A DNA stretch of 61,793 bases, counting the filler. It is 8 parts of 8 records of this genome, joined end to end, with 100 filler letters (N's around TTAATTAATTAA, not from the genome) between each part and the next. Parts side by side here need not be neighbours in the genome. Positions count along the whole stretch, not along the records: positions 56,801 to 61,793 come from SRR7504441_891; 7 more parts are not named here. One strand, given 5' to 3'. Both the position numbers and the translations under genes were made by a program. The notes under the pieces are model-generated. The model was not told where the DNA came from. It ran no database searches and was given only the letters and a program-made list of their open reading frames with translations. Below are positions 56,870-61,793 of the stretch, one piece after another (position 1 is the stretch's first letter; each line of letters starts with the position of its first letter).

Positions 56870-59162
56870 CTACTCAGCCGCTTGCTCCGGCTGAACCCGT
56901 TCAGGCTCTGGGGCTTCCCCCTCCCACATGGTCGGCAGCTCTGACACAGCACACCAGGTCAGCGCTCCATTTCATAAACTTGAAGCCTCACCGTACGCCA
57001 CCCGGCCAAGATACGGCGAGCTAGCCCGGAGCGAGCCAGTGGAATCCTCCTGCGCCACACACTCAACAGCACGCTCAGACAGCGCGTGCCTGGATGTCCT
57101 TGGGGTTGACGCCCATCAGCAGTGAGAGGCACTCCTGCTGCATGTCCTGAACCACCGGGTCGCCGGTGTGTTTCAAGATCGCATCTTTCATCGCCGCAAC
57201 TCCCGCAGGACTCGCCTGGCCCTCCGATCGCTCCCAGCCAATAGCTGGCTGCACCTCAAACCCGAATTTAGGCAGCACGTAGTACTGGACCGTGGCCGCT
57301 ACTTGTGTGAGCCCCTTCCTCCGCTTGTTCATATCTCCTTGCGCTATAAATATGACCTGCCCGCAATCGCCCCGTCCGGGCCCGGCAGCGCGCCTCCCGG
57401 ACGTTCCTCTGCACATCCGGCTCGGCATAGCCTTCAATCAAACCCTGGCCGCCTGGCTCGGCCCTGACCCGGCCCCGACGTGACCTGCAGGATCTGCTTG
57501 GCGAGGTCAACAGAGATTTCCTGAGGCTCGAAATCGACCTGCCTCGCCATCCGGCCCGCCCGCACCCCCACGGGACCTTCTCTGGGATCTCCGGGATGAT
57601 GGGGGGCGGGGCCTCCCCGGGGAGCCGAGACACGTTAACTTGATCTCCAAGGCCTTGCTTTACACTCCTGTAAAGATTCTTCTGCCGGGCCTCCCATTTC
57701 TCCTAAACAGCAAAGCTCGAGCGCGGCGCCCGCCGGGAGCGCGCGCCTGGGTCTTGATTACCTCCCGATACAGCTTGCCCGCCTCCCTCTGTGCCGTGAG
57801 GATCTGAAGCCCAGCTTACAGCCAGCGCGAGCCTATTGCACCTCCTCAGAGTCAGCAGCCAGTGCCCTGAGTGACGCTATGTCTTCCAAGGTCCCCACCT
57901 CGTCCCCCGCCCCCCACCTGCCGCCGCCCTCACCCACCGCCCACCCACGCACCCACCGGGCGTGCGCCCGTCTGTACAACGCCTTGGCATCACCCGGCGT
58001 GCTCCACAGCACCTACAGACGCCAGCTGAGCAGCCACGCAGGCGGTTCGCACCCAGTCGCACGCGTCCATCGCAGCCCGCCACTCCTCGATCTTAACAGC
58101 GGCCGCCGCCTTGTTTAGGAACAGCTTGTCGCGCAACTCGTCGACAAGCTCATTTTCGCTCTCATGTCTTGCCTGGTAACACTGCAATAGGTGGCAGCCT
58201 GCCCAGCGCTCCGCCCACAGCCTGCCCGGGCAGCACCGGCCGAGTACGCGTGGAAGGCCCGCTCGAACCGCTTCTTCTGGTAGTTGTCGTTCCCTTCGGT
58301 CTGCCCGTCCGATCACGAGGCCGGCAGCCGGGCGGCGCACTCTTGCATCCTCGGCATTTTCCATCAGATTGAGCAGCTGGTGCGTGTCGCAGTTGGACAG
58401 CTTGCTGTTCTTCCGTTTCTCCAGATAGTCCTGCCCCATCTCAGCCCGCCCGGCCACGAGCCCTGCCTGCGTGGTGGGCGGTGGCTCGTCTGTGAGGTAG
58501 CGAACCTGCCCCCGCTCGCACAGCATCGACTGCGCACACACCGCGTCCTTCCAGCGTATCTCGTAGTCGTCGATCTTGCCTGGGTCTGTCCGCAGCCGGG
58601 AGAGGGAGGTCTGCATCTGGCCGGGGCTGAGGCACTGCCAGCAGCCGGGGCGGCACGTCTGGGTGCTGCAGCGCCTGCTCAAACGAAATCCCAGACTTCT
58701 CGGTCTCCTTGAGGCACCTGCGCGCAACGGAATATAACGGATATTGCAACGGACAGCGCACATGTGCAGGATGTTCTGCACCATCGAGGTGCCGAGCATC
58801 GACGGGGTGATCTGTCCGCGGCCGGTCGGCACCGAACCAGCCGCCCGGCCGCACCATCTCTTGGATCTTGGGCCCACAGTTCTTGAGCGCTGCCCGCCGT
58901 CGACAGCCGGCCCGCCCGACCGGGCACCGGCTCCGATCTCTCGGCGGGTCTCGGCAAGCTTCTCCCGGTTGTGCTTCTCGAGCATCCGGTTGTATCGCTT
59001 CCGCTGCCGGTTCTGCTGGGCCTCGAGCGCCTAACGGAACGGTCCAGCGGGGGCAGGGGGCGGGGGGACCTCCATGGCGTCGGGGGTCTTCTTGACGAAG
59101 TCGCCGAAGCTCTTTTTGAAGGCGTGCTTGTCGTTCATAATGTGAGTCAGATTTTGCGACAT
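56870..59162 (-). CDS. TPR-containing protein with C-terminal protein-C10 (C12orf57)-like domain, very intron-rich
   Basis: TPR motifs 'EGNDNYQKKRFERAFHAY', 'LFLNKAAAAVKIEEWRAAMDAC' and 'DAKALYRRA'. C10-like 'VQYYVLPKFGFE|ASPAGVAAMKDAILKHTGDPVVQDM'. Confidence 0.65.
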
Positions 59163-59363
59163 TGCCACGCGTTTCTGCTGGACACAGCAGCGGTCGATCC
59201 CCAGCCGGCGGCAGGCCGGGCGCAGCCGGTGTGGGCGCCGGGCAGGCAGGGCACCTGGGGTGGTCGAGCTCTGCTCTGGCGCCGCGCAGCTCACGGGCAG
59301 GTGCTACGCGTGTCTGCACAACCCGCGAGGCCAGCGTTAATCGTCCGTTATTTTTTAATCGCG

Positions 59364-61706
59364 ATGCGGGCTCTGCTGTTGCTGGCACTGTTGTTGCTGG
59401 CCGGGGGGGCGGCGGGGGCCGGGGGGGCGGCGGGGGCCGGGGTGCACAAGGTGCACCTGCTGTTCTCGCACCACCTGGACGTTGGGCTCAACGCAGCTCT
59501 CGAGATCACCGAGCTCTGCCTGGGGTTCGCCACCAAGATCGTTCAGGAGTACTTCGACACCTTCATCCCCCGGGCCATCCGGCTGGCCGACCAGACCCGC
59601 GGGACCCCGCACCAGCTCAAGTACACCATCCATCCCTGGATCGCCTCCCTGTATGTCGACTGTGTGCCCTGGAGCACCCCAGACGGCTGCCCACTCAGCC
59701 CCGGCACCCTCCGCTGTCCCCCGCCCAGCGCCGTGGACACCTTTGACCGGGCTGTCCGGCGGGGCGACCTACTCTGGGCGGACAGCCCGTTCAACGTGAA
59801 CGCTGGGGCTGTCGGTGAGCCGGGCATGTTTGCGGGGATGATGGGCATCGCTGGGGCACTCAATCAGCGATATAACATCACTAAGACCCACAGGGTTTGG
59901 TCCAACGTCGACGTGCCAGGGTTCGCCAGGGCCAGCATCCCGCAGCTCAAGGCGGCCGGGGCGGCTGCGCTCAGCGTGTGCGCCAACGTGGGTGAGCCCG
60001 GGTTCGGGCCAAGGAAGAGGAGCGGGTCCGTGCCCGAGGCGTTGGTCGGACAGCTGAATGCGACGATGTTCCGTTGGCACGACCCGGGCTCGGACCAGGA
60101 GATTTTGGTGCTCTACCACCAGAGCCAGCACGACACGCTCAGCCAGATTCCGTTGCCTAGCACGTTCGATACTTACGGCGGGTTCACAAGGCCGGATAAC
60201 GTGCTCGTAACAGCCAGCGGCGTGGCATTCGCAAGTTTCATCGGCTCTGACAACACCGGGCCGCCGCTGACCGTGCTGGAGGTGAGCGCCATATTTGGGC
60301 GGGTCCGTGCGCTCTTCCCCAACGCGACTGTCTTTAGCAGCACGTGGGACGCGTTTGTTGCTGACATCACCCAAGAGGAGTACGCAGAGCTCCCGAGGCG
60401 ATCAGCTGAGTGGGGAGATATGTGGCTCACCGGAATCGCAACCGACCCGCGCAGGCTGGCCACCTACCGCGCGCTGATCCGAGCCCGCGCCGCGTGCCTG
60501 GGCAGCGGCCGGTGCGAGGTTGAGGACCCAGTGCTCAGAAACTTTACGCGGTTTGCCGCCAAGAACACCGAGCACACGCAGGGGGTTGACGACGCAGGGC
60601 ATCTGTCGTGCATATACAAGGACGTGCTGCGCACGCCCTGCGCTGGGCCGGAGAGCTGGAGCAACGAGGAGTTTGGAAAGAAGCATAACACGGAGGTCAA
60701 TAGATTCCCAGGCGCCGATGACAGCTGGATCGAGGCGCGACTGTTCAGCCAATTGGCCATAGAAGCGGTGCCCGCATCGCACCCGCTGGCGGAGCACCTC
60801 CGGCGCGAGCTGGCCATGCTGGAGCCGTCGGTCCCGAGAGTGCCAGCCAGTTCTGGGGGGGCTGGTAAGCGAGTGAGCTGTCGTGGAGAGCGGCTGACTG
60901 CTGAGCTCAACTTCAGCCGAGCGGGTAGCATTGACAGCCTGTCGTTCGGTTCAACAGACAGCGAGTGGGGCCGGCTGATGGATCTGCGGTACATTACAGC
61001 AGGCGGCGGGGATCGCCCCCCGGGTGCCTGGCAGCCGGAGATGACTGGCTTCTGGACCAACAGCACTGAGGGTGGGCGAGGAAGCTGCAGGGTGGTGGTC
61101 CAGCTTGCGTTCAACCACTCGCTTCACACGCTGTACGGGGCACCGGCGACAGTGCTGGTAGACTATAATATCATTCCGGACCAGAGGAGGCTGGATGTGA
61201 AGCTAATTTGGCAGAATAAGACCACCACCCGGCTGCCCGAAGCGATCTCGGTGTTTAGTAGGAGCACGCGCCGCGCAGGCTACGCATGGGGGATGGACAC
61301 GCTGGGCGAGTGGGCCAGCCTGAGCAACGTGTCGCGCGGAGGGGAGCAGTACATGCACGCAGTATGGTCTGGTATACGTTACACCGATACCGCCGACCCG
61401 GAGAGAGGGCTGGTGATCGGTACTCCCGATGCGGCGATGGTGTGCCCTGTGCTCAACTCCGCCGCCGACCGGGCACTCACGCCCGAGATTGCGCTGCAGA
61501 AGAGCTGCTTTGATTATGATATAAGCCCGGATGGGCTGTATCAGCAGCAGCTCAGCGATGCGATGATTGACGGGATTGGCGTGAATCTGTATAACAACAG
61601 GATGGGCATCTCCGGCTATGCGCAATGGTACCCGTTCGGATTAGGCGAGCGATATCAAAAGCAGGACGAGACAAGCCAGTTCCGCTTCACCATTGAGGAG
61701 CGTTAG
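59364..61706 (+). CDS. Secreted DUF5054-family / GH38-like glycoside hydrolase-fold protein, intronless
   Basis: Signal peptide from ATG 59364. Motifs 'VHLLFSHHLDVG', 'YFDTFIPRAI', 'DVPGF', 'SDNTGPP', 'EWGDMWLTGIATDP', 'EHTQG', 'SWIEAR', 'NKTTTRLPEA' and 'NLYNN'. Confidence 0.75.
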   Translation: MRALLLLALLLLAGGAAGAGGAAGAGVHKVHLLFSHHLDVGLNAALEITELCLGFATKIVQEYFDTFIPRAIRLADQTRGTPHQLKYTIHPWIASLYVDCVPWSTPDGCPLSPGTLRCPPPSAVDTFDRAVRRGDLLWADSPFNVNAGAVGEPGMFAGMMGIAGALNQRYNITKTHRVWSNVDVPGFARASIPQLKAAGAAALSVCANVGEPGFGPRKRSGSVPEALVGQLNATMFRWHDPGSDQEILVLYHQSQHDTLSQIPLPSTFDTYGGFTRPDNVLVTASGVAFASFIGSDNTGPPLTVLEVSAIFGRVRALFPNATVFSSTWDAFVADITQEEYAELPRRSAEWGDMWLTGIATDPRRLATYRALIRARAACLGSGRCEVEDPVLRNFTRFAAKNTEHTQGVDDAGHLSCIYKDVLRTPCAGPESWSNEEFGKKHNTEVNRFPGADDSWIEARLFSQLAIEAVPASHPLAEHLRRELAMLEPSVPRVPASSGGAGKRVSCRGERLTAELNFSRAGSIDSLSFGSTDSEWGRLMDLRYITAGGGDRPPGAWQPEMTGFWTNSTEGGRGSCRVVVQLAFNHSLHTLYGAPATVLVDYNIIPDQRRLDVKLIWQNKTTTRLPEAISVFSRSTRRAGYAWGMDTLGEWASLSNVSRGGEQYMHAVWSGIRYTDTADPERGLVIGTPDAAMVCPVLNSAADRALTPEIALQKSCFDYDISPDGLYQQQLSDAMIDGIGVNLYNNRMGISGYAQWYPFGLGERYQKQDETSQFRFTIEER

Positions 61707-61793
61707 ATGTATTCGGCCGTGTGAGGCTAGAAGATGCGTTAACGACGGTCTTCGGTTTTAATGAGCTCGCTCGTTCACAATGGCTCCAAGTGC

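Noticed and set aside
388..59162. Introns as Introner-like mobile elements
   Set aside because: The introns share length and splice signals but I see no sequence similarity or terminal repeats among them. A genome-wide all-versus-all comparison would be needed to exclude this fully.
1..61793. Alternative genetic code or stop-codon readthrough
   Set aside because: TAA, TAG and TGA all terminate conserved genes at expected positions, and in-frame stops fall inside introns.

Overview
This is not a prokaryotic locus. It is eight unrelated-looking contigs of a GC-rich, gene-dense unicellular eukaryote, joined by seven artificial 100-nt N/TTAATTAATTAA spacers, so gene adjacency is meaningful only within a contig. 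A TSNAXIP1-like gene suggests flagella. By hand-splicing I recover about 30 protein genes, many broken by very short (about 36-48 nt) spliceosomal introns. A sizeable minority of these are GC-AG and several are in-frame and stop-free, so the ORF track fragments or reads through most genes. Recognisable genes: BolA2, an Air1/ZCCHC7-like zinc knuckle, TSNAXIP1-like, UTP25, a UBA1-like E1, MetAP1, an SPFH/vacuolin-like protein, a divergent actin-like protein, RUN, C2-IQ-PH, RCC1 and TPR proteins. There is also a set of bacterial-type enzymes and one transporter (StrG-like, TauD-like, PhyH-like, EEP, choloylglycine hydrolase, GMC oxidase, DUF5054, DUF5690), many with signal peptides. Best leads: (1) a divergent E1 head-to-head (73 bp) with a double U-box-like protein; (2) an actin-like protein lacking the D-loop and carrying an F-box-like insert; (3) a secreted DM9-like/PhyH/SRCR/PhyH fusion; (4) a polytopic membrane protein fused to a RhoGEF DH-PH module; (5) intergenic DNA packed with short perfect palindromes and micro-duplications. 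All family calls come from motif recognition by eye, with no database searches. I found no CRISPR array, rRNA, tRNA or transposase.
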